Shown piece by piece: positions 1 through 8,632 of a stretch of DNA of 64,000 nt. Made by a program: the position numbers and the translations under genes. Within the stretch, counting starts at the first letter, position 1. Every line of letters begins with the position of its first letter. This stretch comes from an uncultured delta proteobacterium (GTDB taxonomy: Bacteria > Myxococcota_A > Polyangia > Haliangiales > Haliangiaceae): positions 4,576,001 through 4,640,000 of the forward strand of contig CAWKDB010000010.1 in the NCBI GenBank assembly GCA_963848295.1, read 5' to 3'. Under the pieces are notes generated by a model. That model ran no database searches. It saw only the letters and a program-made list of their open reading frames with translations, and had not been told where the DNA came from.

Positions 1-1073
1 AATTGCGGGTGATCGAACGTCGTCTCGTGGATCGGACCCGCGATCGAACCGCGCGGATTGAGCGTCACGAGGTACGGCGCGTCGGGCAAGCCCTGGAGTC
101 GGGTCATCGAATAGGTGACGGCAACCTGCGCGGTGTCGGGATCGGCGACGTAGTTCCATGCCGCATGAGCGGCGGGGCGGCGCGGTAACAGCCTGCGATC
201 GCGATGCAACACCGTGCGGTTGCGGCTGTACCGAAAGGCGGCGAGCGCGTGGTGCTCGCGTTCGGTCGGTGCCGCGAGCAGCATCAGGGCGGTGTCCGCG
301 TGGGTCGCGATCACGACCCGATCGTAACGATACTCACGACCGAGTGCGACGACCGTAACGCCGCGTGCATCGCGCGCGATCGACGTCACCGGCGTGGCGG
401 CGTGAAGCGCGAACCGGCCGGTCGCGCGCAGGCCAGCGAGCAAGGCGGTCACGTATGTCCGACTGCCGCCGACGATCGTGTGCCAGGCGAGTGGGCGCAA
501 CGGCCGCAACATCCCGTGCTGATCGAGGAACGCGAGGTACGTCGCGGCAGGAAAACCGGCGACGCGTTCCGGTGCCAGCGACCACAGCGCAGCCGCGAGC
601 GGCACGATGAACCGGTCGCGCACGTCGACCGGGACGCGAACGCGCGCGAGGTAGTCGCCGAGCTCGCCGGTCGCGCCGCCGGTCGCGAGATCCTTGCGCG
701 CCCGCTTGAGAAACCGCACGATCTCGACGAGAAATCGCCAGTGCCGCGGATCGAGCAGCAGGCGGCGGTCGGCGAACGCCGCCGACAGACTCTCGCTGCC
801 CCATTCGAAGTCCTCGCCCGGCAGCGCGACTGAAAACGACATCGTCGTCGGTCGAGTCGCGACCCCGAGCTCGCCGAGCAGCGCGAAGAATCGCGGATAA
901 CGCTCGCGGTTGCAGACGATGAACCCCATGTCGATCGCGTGCCCATCCGCATCGACTGTGTACACGTGCCCGCCGGCGCGGTCCGCTGCGTCGAACATCG
1001 CGACCTCGTGCCCGCGCAGCGCATGAGCCGCGCCGAGCCCGCCCGCGCCGGCGCCGATGATCGCGACTCGCAC
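1..1073 (-). CDS. FAD-dependent oxidoreductase (amine-oxidase-like); 3' end runs off the window
   Basis: Manual translation from GTG at 1073: MRVAIIGAGAGGLGAAHAL (GxGxxG Rossmann)...RAGGHVYT...IDMGFIVCN..YPRFFALL. The frame is open to the window edge, so it is absent from the ORF track. Confidence 0.85.
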   Translation of the reverse strand, partial: MRVAIIGAGAGGLGAAHALRGHEVAMFDAADRAGGHVYTVDADGHAIDMGFIVCNRERYPRFFALLGELGVATRPTTMSFSVALPGEDFEWGSESLSAAFADRRLLLDPRHWRFLVEIVRFLKRARKDLATGGATGELGDYLARVRVPVDVRDRFIVPLAAALWSLAPERVAGFPAATYLAFLDQHGMLRPLRPLAWHTIVGGSRTYVTALLAGLRATGRFALHAATPVTSIARDARGVTVVALGREYRYDRVVIATHADTALMLLAAPTEREHHALAAFRYSRNRTVLHRDRRLLPRRPAAHAAWNYVADPDTAQVAVTYSMTRLQGLPDAPYLVTLNPRGSIAGPIHETTFDHPQ

Positions 1074-1123
1074 CGCTGACGGTGTAGCGTCTGACCACCA
1101 GCGCCTGCAAGCGCCCGAACGCC

Positions 1124-1214
1124 GGGGACGGAGGGACCTTTGTCAACCACCTCGGACCGGGCGAACGTGTTGATCTCGCGACGTTACGTTGGGACGGAGG
1201 AATCTTTGTCAACC
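1124..1214 (+). repeat. Direct pair of the intergenic GGGGACGS-N7-TTTGTCAAC repeat (period 66 bp)
   Basis: GGGGACGGAGGGACCTTTGTCAACC at 1124-1148 and TGGGACGGAGGAATCTTTGTCAACC at 1190-1214; similarity continues into CCTCGGA(C/T)CGGG. Confidence 0.85.
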
Positions 1215-1241
1215 GCCTCGGATCGGGTGAGGCTCTCGCGG

Positions 1242-1883
1242 TTGACGACGCGCGCCCTCGATCTCGCCGGCCATCCCGGCCTGCTACTCCGGCCGCGGGG
1301 AGCGCGCGCTCTCTATCTGTTCGCGCATGGCGCCGGCGCCGGCATGCGTCATCCGTTCATGGCAGGTCTGGCCGAGGCGCTCGGCGAGCGCGGGATCGCG
1401 ACGCTGCGCTGGGAGCTACCCTATATGGCGCGCGGAGCAAAACGCGTCGATTCGCCGGCGATCAGCGAAGCCGCGGTGCGCGAAGCATGGACCGCGGCGC
1501 CGAAGCAGCTGCCGGCGTTCGCTGGTGGCAAGTCGTTCGGCGGCCGGATGACATCGCGCACACACGCGGCGACACCGCTGGTTGGATTGCGCGGCCTCAT
1601 CTTCGTCGGCTTTCCGCTCCATCCCGACGGCAAACCCGCGATCGAACGCGCCGAGCATCTCGCGCACGCGGCCGGCCCGATGCTATTCGTCCAGGGTAGC
1701 CGCGATGCGCTCGCCGAGCCGCGCCTGTTGCGCCCGATCGTCGCCTCGCTCGGCACCCGCGCGACGCTGCACGAGCTCGCCGGCGCCGATCACGGCTTCA
1801 CACGCGTGACGCTCGCCGAGATCGCCGATCCGATCGCTAGCTGGATCGATCACGTCTTGACAGCCGATCGACCGCGGCGATGA
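1242..1883 (+). CDS. Alpha/beta-fold hydrolase (KANSL3/dienelactone hydrolase-like)
   Basis: AHGAGAGM, GGKSFGGR nucleophile elbow, QGSRD, GADHGF; start uncertain (1227 GTG or 1242 TTG). Confidence 0.85.
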   Translation: MTTRALDLAGHPGLLLRPRGARALYLFAHGAGAGMRHPFMAGLAEALGERGIATLRWELPYMARGAKRVDSPAISEAAVREAWTAAPKQLPAFAGGKSFGGRMTSRTHAATPLVGLRGLIFVGFPLHPDGKPAIERAEHLAHAAGPMLFVQGSRDALAEPRLLRPIVASLGTRATLHELAGADHGFTRVTLAEIADPIASWIDHVLTADRPRR

Positions 1884-1890
1884 TGGCGGC

Positions 1891-2712
1891 GTGTGGACGA
1901 ACTACTCGGCGAGACACGCGGCGCAGCTGATCGGGCTGCCCGAGTCGGTCGTTCGTAGTTGCATCCGCGACGGCTTGGTCGGTGCGCCCGGCGCGGTGCC
2001 AGCGCAGTTGTCGTTTCGCGATCTGTCGGCGCTGCGCACGGTCAAGACGCTGATCGATGCGGGGCTGCCGCTCGTTCGCGTTCGCCGCGAGCTCGTGCGG
2101 ATCCAGCGGAGCCTCCCCGCCGGCACGTCGATCGTCGAGCTCACGGTCGAGGCGCGCGACGGTCGCGTGCACGTCCGCAGCCGTGACCCCGCTAGTGCTG
2201 GTCAGCTCGCGTTGCCTCTCGAGCTCGCGATCGAACCACCGGCCGGCGAGCTTCGCGAGCTGCCGCGCGCGCCCGACGCGCCGGTGCCGGTTGCGGTACC
2301 GCCGGCGACCGCCGATCAGTGGTTGCTGCGTGGCCAACAGCTCGAGGAACGCGATCCGGTCGCCGCGATCGATGCGTATCGTCGCTCGCTACGCCTGCGC
2401 CCGGAGTGCACCGAAGCGTGGATCAACCTCGGCCGCCTGTTCGCGGAGAGCAACGACGCCGACGCCGCGCGCGAGTGCTTCGGCCACGCGCTCGAGCTCG
2501 ATCCGGCCGACGCGACCGCGTACTACAACCTCGGCGTCATCGCCCAGGACGCGGGCAAAGAGACCGACGCGATCGCGATGTACACGCGGGCGCTCGAGCT
2601 CGACCCGCAGCTCGCCGAGGCGCATTACAACCTGGCGACGCTGTTCGATCAATCGGGCGATTCACGCTCCGCGATTCGCCACATCAACGAGTATCGCAAG
2701 CTCACTCGGTGA
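1891..2712 (+). CDS. MerR-like HTH plus TPR-repeat protein
   Basis: N-term YSARHAAQLIGL...LSFRDL; C-term TPRs AWINLG, AYYNLG, AHYNLA. Confidence 0.8.
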   Translation: MWTNYSARHAAQLIGLPESVVRSCIRDGLVGAPGAVPAQLSFRDLSALRTVKTLIDAGLPLVRVRRELVRIQRSLPAGTSIVELTVEARDGRVHVRSRDPASAGQLALPLELAIEPPAGELRELPRAPDAPVPVAVPPATADQWLLRGQQLEERDPVAAIDAYRRSLRLRPECTEAWINLGRLFAESNDADAARECFGHALELDPADATAYYNLGVIAQDAGKETDAIAMYTRALELDPQLAEAHYNLATLFDQSGDSRSAIRHINEYRKLTR

Positions 2713-3460
2713 GCGTTAGCACCGGGCCGGGCGTGCAGGTAGTCGCGCCGATCGCATCGATCTCGTTCCAGCCGGGGACCTGGCCCGACGCTAGCGTGAT
2801 CCGCGCCGCGATGATCGGCTCGCCGCAGTCGAGGGCGAGCGAGAGCCGGTGCGATGCCGTCGACGGCTTGCCGTCGATCATCGCCTCGGGCGGCGCCGTG
2901 TGGACGATGTGCTGCCCCGAGGCGGTGATCAGCTCGATCTCGCGGACCGCACCCGGGTTGTACGTCTCGTAGATCGCGAGCTCGCTGATCGGGTACGGGT
3001 GCGCGAATCCGACCTCGATGAACTCGTCGCCGCCGTCGGCGGCGAGCGACGCCCACGCCTTCGCGTTGTCGCCGGCGGAAGGAAACACATCGGGTGGACC
3101 GAGCACCTGTTGTGCCGACCAGCTCGTGTTGGTGTATTGCGACGACACGGCGCGCACCGTGCTCGCCCACTCGGTCTCGGGCATCGGCGGCGGCACGACC
3201 GGCGGGGCGGCCAGGCCGACCAGCTGGAGATACTGCTCGTGCGTGATCCGCTCGTGGACGAGGTCACTGCACGCCACCGCGTGCTTTGCGAGCAAGTCTT
3301 GCGCCGACGGCGACAGCGCGCCGCTGTTGCCAGGCAACGCGCACGAATCGCGCGTGGCGGGCGCGACGAGCACCCACGCGGTGACCGCGGCGAGCGTGGC
3401 ACACGACGAGACGAGCAGCGCCGCGGTGGGCGCGCGAGCGGGCAGGGAGGCGATTCGCAT
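2702..3460 (-). CDS. Exported protein with a discoidin/galactose-binding-like C-terminal domain
   Basis: N-terminal hydrophobic segment, Pro linker, WAS.V...SSQY...WSA.QVLGPPDV.P..GD...AWA, IYETYNPGAV, WNEIDAI. Confidence 0.6.
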   Translation of the reverse strand: MRIASLPARAPTAALLVSSCATLAAVTAWVLVAPATRDSCALPGNSGALSPSAQDLLAKHAVACSDLVHERITHEQYLQLVGLAAPPVVPPPMPETEWASTVRAVSSQYTNTSWSAQQVLGPPDVFPSAGDNAKAWASLAADGGDEFIEVGFAHPYPISELAIYETYNPGAVREIELITASGQHIVHTAPPEAMIDGKPSTASHRLSLALDCGEPIIAARITLASGQVPGWNEIDAIGATTCTPGPVLTLTE

Positions 3461-3620
3461 GCGAGTTCAACGCACCGCGGGGGCGAATAGTTTCAGAGCT
3501 TCAGCACCCGACGATCAGAACAGGGAGCCTCGACGGAGGACCTGATGATCAGAAACAGGGAGCAGGGACCCGAGGTGAGTCCGGAGTCGGATCGTGTACG
3601 TGCATGTGGCACGTGCATCT

Positions 3621-4841
3621 CTACTTCAGCGAGCGCATCTCGGCGAGCCGCATGGCGAGGAACCGACGCTCGGGCTCGGAGCCGGCAAGCTCGAGCGCCC
3701 GCTCGTATGACGCGGCCGCCTCGGTAGCTCGGTCGAGCCGGCGGAGTAGATCGGCGCGCGCGGCATGCCAGAGGTGATAGTCGCCGAGCGCGCCGGCGAG
3801 CGCATCGACCGCGGCGAGTCCGGGGGCGGGGCCCCGCGCCATCGCGACCGCGACCGCGCGGTTGAGCGCGACGACGGCCGACGGTTTGCGCCGATACAGC
3901 TCTTCGAACAAGCCGGCGATCTGCGGCCAATCCGTGGCGTCGGCGCGCGGGGCCGTGGCGTGCAGCGCAGCGATCGCCGCTTCGATCGGATAAGGTCCCG
4001 TGCCCGTGCGTAGCGAAACCGGCACGAGCTCGAGCGCCTCGTCGATCTGGACGCGGTCCCAGCGAGTGCGATCCTGATCTTCGAGCAGGACGAGGTCGCC
4101 GGCGGCGTTCGTACGCGCGTCGCGACGCGAATCGTGGAGCAGCATCACCGCGAGTAAGCCGATGACGTCGCCGGTCGCACCGAGCTCGACGAGCAGGCGC
4201 CCGAGTCGGATCGCTTCGCGACACAGGTCCTTGCGCAGCCACGCATCGCCAGCGGTCGCCGCGTAGCCTTCGTTGAACACCAAGTAGACGACCGCGAGCA
4301 CTGCATCGGTGCGCGCCGCGAGCTCGGATGCCTCGGGTACTTCGTACGGGATCTTCGCGTCGCGGATCTTGGTCTGCGCGCGCACGAGTCGCTGCGCCAT
4401 CGTCGCGGGTGAGGTCAGAAATGCACGTGCGATCTCGTCGGTAGTCAGCCCGCCGAGCGTGCGCAGGGTCAAGGCGACTTGCGCCTCCGGTGCGATCGCG
4501 GGATGGCAGCACGTGTAGATCAAGCGCAGCCGATCATCCGCCACGGCGGTCGGCTCCTCGGTGATCGTCGGCTCGGCCGGGGGTGTCTCGGCGACGAGCT
4601 CGCGCAACTTGACGCGACGGCGGATCTGATCGACCACCTTGTTGCGTACGACCGCGATCAACCAGCCGCGCGGCTCGGCCGGAATGCCTTCGCGCGGCCA
4701 GCGCGCGAGCGCGGCCTCGAACGCATCTTGCACGGCTTCCTCGGCGAGCTCGAAGTCGCCGTGGCTGACGCGAATCGCGGTCGCGAGCACGCGCGCTCGC
4801 TCGGCGCGAAACACGTCGGTGATCGCGGCGGCGCCTTGCAA
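3621..4841 (-). CDS. ECF sigma factor with C-terminal TPR extension (ECF42-type)
   Basis: AEEAVQDAF, DDRLRLIYTCCHP, LTLRTLGGL, VYLVFNEGY, C-terminal TPR; downstream of a DGPF/YciI gene. Confidence 0.9.
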   Translation of the reverse strand: MQGAAAITDVFRAERARVLATAIRVSHGDFELAEEAVQDAFEAALARWPREGIPAEPRGWLIAVVRNKVVDQIRRRVKLRELVAETPPAEPTITEEPTAVADDRLRLIYTCCHPAIAPEAQVALTLRTLGGLTTDEIARAFLTSPATMAQRLVRAQTKIRDAKIPYEVPEASELAARTDAVLAVVYLVFNEGYAATAGDAWLRKDLCREAIRLGRLLVELGATGDVIGLLAVMLLHDSRRDARTNAAGDLVLLEDQDRTRWDRVQIDEALELVPVSLRTGTGPYPIEAAIAALHATAPRADATDWPQIAGLFEELYRRKPSAVVALNRAVAVAMARGPAPGLAAVDALAGALGDYHLWHAARADLLRRLDRATEAAASYERALELAGSEPERRFLAMRLAEMRSLK

Positions 4842-4850
4842 GCGATTAGC

Positions 4851-5198
4851 TTACTCCGCGTGAAGCGGGCGAACTTCGATCGAGCCGTGGCGGGCGCCCG
4901 GAATGCGCGCCGCGATCTTTGTCGCTTCATCGAGGCTCGCCGCGTTGACCAGGTAATAGCCGCCGAGCTGCTCGCGTGTCTCGGCGAACGGCCCGTCGGT
5001 CAGCTGCGTCTTGCCCTCGCGGACTCGCACCGTCGTCGCGGTGTCGACATTGCGCAGCCGGTTGCCACCGACATACGCGTTCGTCCTCTTCAGATCCTGC
5101 GTCAGCGCGCGGTACTCGCCCATCATCGTCTCGAGCTCGCCTTTGGGCGTGGCGTCGAACGACTTCTCGTTCGCGTAGATCAGCAGTAGGTATTGCAT
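4851..5198 (-). CDS. YciI/DGPF-domain protein
   Basis: MQYLLLIY, TDGPFAETREQLGGYY, IEVRP; AGGAG RBS upstream. Confidence 0.92.
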   Translation of the reverse strand: MQYLLLIYANEKSFDATPKGELETMMGEYRALTQDLKRTNAYVGGNRLRNVDTATTVRVREGKTQLTDGPFAETREQLGGYYLVNAASLDEATKIAARIPGARHGSIEVRPLHAE

Positions 5199-5222
5199 CG
5201 CGGTTCTCCTTTTCGCCCATCA

Positions 5223-5249
5223 GTCGAACGAGAGCCATCGAGATCGACA
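5223..5249 (-). promoter_or_regulatory. Putative ECF42-type autoregulatory promoter
   Basis: Minus strand TGTCGA-N17-CGAC just upstream of the YciI-sigma operon; matches the TGTCGA/CG(A/T)C consensus known for ECF42. Confidence 0.7.
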
Positions 5250-5251
5250 TC

Positions 5252-5343
5252 GGGGACGGTGTTCACTTTGTCAACCGGGAGTAATTGCAAACCGCAGTCA
5301 TCCCAACAGCTTGAGTGGGGACGGTGTTCACTTTGTCAACCGG
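5252..5343 (+). repeat. Direct pair of identical 27-bp repeats separated by 38 bp
   Basis: GGGGACGGTGTTCACTTTGTCAACCGG at 5252-5278 and 5317-5343. Confidence 0.9.
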
Positions 5344-5377
5344 CGGTGTGGGAGGGGCGTGTTAGCGATCGCGCGGG

Positions 5378-7273
5378 ATGAAAGCCTTGGGCATCGCGAT
5401 CGCGCTGATGATCGGCGCTGCGCACGCGGCTGCGGCCCCACCTCACACGCTCGCGATCAGGCTCGGTTCAAACGACGTTGGCGACTGGCGCGGCGAGGCG
5501 CTGACCGAGACGCTCGGCAGCGATCTCGCGGACGATAAGATCAGCGTCGCGCCGACCGGCGCGGACCTCACGCTGGACGGCTCGTTGACCGCGAGCTCGC
5601 TGCACTACGAAATCCGCGCGTCGTGGCCGGACGCACCGCCGCCGGTCGAAGGTACGATCGCATTTGGCCCCACGACCGATCGCGCGAAGCTCGCGGGCAT
5701 CCTGCGCGATCAGCTGCACCGCCTCGTGCGAACGGCGAACGAGCGCGAGATCGACACGGCGATCGCGCCGCCTGGAGTCGGAGGTGTCGCTCTCTGCGCG
5801 CTGTTAGCGTGCGGGCTACTCGCGTTGCCGTTCGCGATAGGCGCGCGGCGATTGCGCGATGGTCGCCGTCGCGTGTTGGCGCTCCCCGCGCTGCGACGCT
5901 CGGTGATCGGCGGCCTCGTCCTGTGCGGCGCGGCGATCGCGATCGCGAGCCGCGGCGGGCTGGTCGCTGCGGCGGGTGGCGCCGCGTGGGGCGGCTTCGC
6001 CGCCGTGCTCGTTCCGTTCGCGTTCCCTCCGATCGTCGGGCTCGGCCGGGTCGATCACGACGAACTCGCCCGCATCCTCGGCGCCTGGTTCGTGCTCGCC
6101 GCGCGGCGGCTCGCGCTCGCGATCGTGCTCTACGCGCCGATCGGCGTGATCGCTTACTTCGCACTCGGCGACGACGCGCTCGCCGTCGGAGTCCCGGTCG
6201 CCTTGCTCGTCGTTCGCGCGGCCGCGCGCAATGCGCTCGCGGTCGCGACGCTCGCCCTCGACGATCGTCTGATCGATGCCGACGCCGATGGTCGCGGCTG
6301 GCCCGCCGCCGTGCGCGGCTACCTCGTTGGCTACTTGCACCGCAACGGCTTGCCGGTCGACGAGCCGCTGCTCGCGCGCGTCGAGCTTCACGCAGGCGGC
6401 GATGACCTCGCGGTCTACGGCGGCGGCGCCACCGCGTCGCGCATCGTGATCCCGACGAAGCTCCTCGAGCTCGCACTCGCTCCCGCGGGTCGCCCTCACG
6501 ACTACGCCGCACCGCGGGTCTCGACGTTGCACTGGTCGCAATGGAACGCCGGCCTCGTGATGGCAACTGCCGCCGACGCCGTGCTCGCGACCGCCGAGCA
6601 ACGCCAGCCGCGCGAGCTCACCGACTACGGCGAAGCCGAGCGCGAGTTGTTCGGCGAGCCACCGACGACGGCCGGTGTGATCGAGCCGGTCGCACTCGAC
6701 CCGCGCACGAGCTATCGCCCGCACGACGATCCGATGTGGCTCGATTGGGAATCCGGCGACGGCTACGACGGCACCGACCCCGGCGATCGCGACTTCCTGT
6801 TCGGCGCGCTCGTCGCCGCGCTCGCCACGATCCAACGCGGCGGCGATCGCGAAGCCACGGTGCGCCTGCTCGCCCGCAAGCGTGCGCGCAAACCGCTCGC
6901 GATCGACGATCTCCACGCCGCGCTCGGCGGAGCGCGGCACCATCTCGTCCAGTACCTCGGCTGGCGCGCATCGCATCGCGACGACATGCTCACCGCGCGC
7001 GCGTACGCGCCGGAGCTCGAGGCCGCATCGCGCGAGATGATCGCGGCGACGACCGAGCCCGCGCTGCGGCAACGCTTGGCGCGGCTCGCGAAGCTCGCGC
7101 GTCCGGTCGCCGACGTCGCGCCGGTGCGTACACCACGCTGGCAGCGCTTCGTGTTCGCTGGTGCGGCGGTCGCGCTCGCGGGTGGTGCGGTGTTCGCGAT
7201 CGTCGACGCGGTTCGCTATCGCAGCGTGTACGCGCAACGGATGGAAGGTAACGATCATGGCCAAACAAAGTAG
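5378..7273 (+). CDS. Multi-pass membrane protein with signal peptide; degenerate M48/M56-peptidase-like C-terminal region
   Basis: Signal peptide ending AHA-AAA, about 6 hydrophobic segments, LAVYGGG..SRIVIPTKLLE and FGALVAALATIQRGGD (no HExxH), C-terminal TM. Confidence 0.7.
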   Translation: MKALGIAIALMIGAAHAAAAPPHTLAIRLGSNDVGDWRGEALTETLGSDLADDKISVAPTGADLTLDGSLTASSLHYEIRASWPDAPPPVEGTIAFGPTTDRAKLAGILRDQLHRLVRTANEREIDTAIAPPGVGGVALCALLACGLLALPFAIGARRLRDGRRRVLALPALRRSVIGGLVLCGAAIAIASRGGLVAAAGGAAWGGFAAVLVPFAFPPIVGLGRVDHDELARILGAWFVLAARRLALAIVLYAPIGVIAYFALGDDALAVGVPVALLVVRAAARNALAVATLALDDRLIDADADGRGWPAAVRGYLVGYLHRNGLPVDEPLLARVELHAGGDDLAVYGGGATASRIVIPTKLLELALAPAGRPHDYAAPRVSTLHWSQWNAGLVMATAADAVLATAEQRQPRELTDYGEAERELFGEPPTTAGVIEPVALDPRTSYRPHDDPMWLDWESGDGYDGTDPGDRDFLFGALVAALATIQRGGDREATVRLLARKRARKPLAIDDLHAALGGARHHLVQYLGWRASHRDDMLTARAYAPELEAASREMIAATTEPALRQRLARLAKLARPVADVAPVRTPRWQRFVFAGAAVALAGGAVFAIVDAVRYRSVYAQRMEGNDHGQTK

Positions 7274-8045
7274 TCAGGCAGCAGATGGCCTCGCGCTCGG
7301 CGAAGAGAGCGCCGGTGCCGGTGCGCTCGGGTTGATCGGCGCCGCGGCGGTGTTCGCGGTCGCGATCGTGTTCTTCGTCGCGGAGAGCTACTTCCTCGCG
7401 ATGTTGCTAGTGTCGTTCGCGTTGCTCGTCTATTCGGCGGGAGGCGAGCTCGGCAAGCTCGTGCGCGCCTCGTTCACCGTGTTTTTCTCCGGTCGCCACC
7501 TGATCCGCAACGCGACCTACGTCCAAGACACCGTGACCGCGTTGCGCAAGTTCCTCTACATGAAGCGCGACGACGCCGGCTGGATCAAGGTCGGCCCGAT
7601 CGAGCCCGGGACGAAAGCGAAGCTCCCCGACAATCCGCTCGTCCGCGAGATCCAAGCGGTGCTCAAGCGCAAGAAGGGCAAGGAGTACGCCGAGTACGTC
7701 GCACATCAATACTACGTCGACTGCCGCGAGCTCTACGACCACCTGCACGCGCACCTCGACTTCGTCGCGAACGTGATGCCGCTGTTCGGCCTGATCGGCA
7801 CGGTGATCGGCCTGATCGGCATGTTCGATCGCCTCGGATCGAACACGTCGGTCGAGAACCTCGCGCCGGAGCTCGCGATCTCGCTGCAGTGCACGCTGTA
7901 CGGCGCGATCTTGGCGTCGGTCTACATGAGCATGGCGTCGCGGTTCGATCAGCGGATCAAGGCGCTCGAGTACGACTACGACATCCTCGTGCACTCGCTC
8001 GACGTGTTGGTCGAGAACGGCGCGGAGATCGAGATCGCGGCATGA
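7257..8045 (+). CDS. MotA/TolQ/ExbB proton-channel family protein (MotA-like)
   Basis: MPLFGLIGTVIGLIGMF and ISLQCTLYGAILA TM motifs; two N-terminal TMs. Confidence 0.88.
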   Translation: MAKQSSQAADGLALGEESAGAGALGLIGAAAVFAVAIVFFVAESYFLAMLLVSFALLVYSAGGELGKLVRASFTVFFSGRHLIRNATYVQDTVTALRKFLYMKRDDAGWIKVGPIEPGTKAKLPDNPLVREIQAVLKRKKGKEYAEYVAHQYYVDCRELYDHLHAHLDFVANVMPLFGLIGTVIGLIGMFDRLGSNTSVENLAPELAISLQCTLYGAILASVYMSMASRFDQRIKALEYDYDILVHSLDVLVENGAEIEIAA

Positions 8046-8632
8046 GACGCCGGACGCGTCCGTCGGGGAAGCGCAGTCACGGCGCGCTGTGGTCGATCAT
8101 CTACATCGATCTGATGACGCAGATCATGGCGTTCTTCGTGATCGTCTGGGCGGTCGAGCACGGCACGAAGCTGTTGAAGACGCCGAACCTCGGCACCGGC
8201 GTCGGCATGGGCGACCAGACCGCGCGCATGGTCGACTTGCCGGGCGACGTGTTGTTCGCGTCCGGCCAGGTCGCGATGGCGCCCGAGGGCAAGGCGATCC
8301 TCGACAAGCTGTTCGGCGACGAGGCGAGCGGTGTGCTGAGCTTCGATCAAGGCGGGCTCGCCGATCGCAAGCTGGTCATCCACGGCCACACCGACGACGT
8401 CGGGCCGAAAGACAAGAACCTCGAGCTCGGCTATCAACGCGCGTATGCGGTGTACGAAGAGATCAAGAAGCACTCGAAGGAGCTGCCCGATCACGTGATC
8501 CTGTGCACCCACGCCGATAACACCCCGGCGCAGAGCCTGTCCGGCGACAAGGAAGCGGCGCGCGCCAAGAATCGGCGGATCACGATCGAGGATCTCGTGG
8601 TCGCCAAACCATCGGCTGCCCAAGCGCGATGA
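8042..8632 (+). CDS. MotB-like protein with OmpA-type peptidoglycan-binding domain
   Basis: WSIIYIDLMTQIMAFFVIVWA (conserved TM Asp), VLFASG, IHGHTD, NLELGYQRA, KNRRITI; ATGA overlap with the motA-like gene. Confidence 0.9.
   Translation: MRRRTRPSGKRSHGALWSIIYIDLMTQIMAFFVIVWAVEHGTKLLKTPNLGTGVGMGDQTARMVDLPGDVLFASGQVAMAPEGKAILDKLFGDEASGVLSFDQGGLADRKLVIHGHTDDVGPKDKNLELGYQRAYAVYEEIKKHSKELPDHVILCTHADNTPAQSLSGDKEAARAKNRRITIEDLVVAKPSAAQAR

Noticed and set aside
3510..3565. Short direct repeat GATCAGAA(A)CAGGGAGC
   Set aside because: Only two short copies at one locus; no further copies or function evident in the window.
5252..5343. CRISPR mini-array (27-bp repeat, 38-bp spacer)
   Set aside because: Only two repeats and no cas genes; related copies elsewhere differ in the core and occur inverted. 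Treated as a dispersed repeat family.
7257..8632. Zorya (ZorA/ZorB) defence system
   Set aside because: The MotA-like protein lacks the long cytoplasmic ZorA tail, and no helicase or nuclease ZorC/D/E is adjacent.
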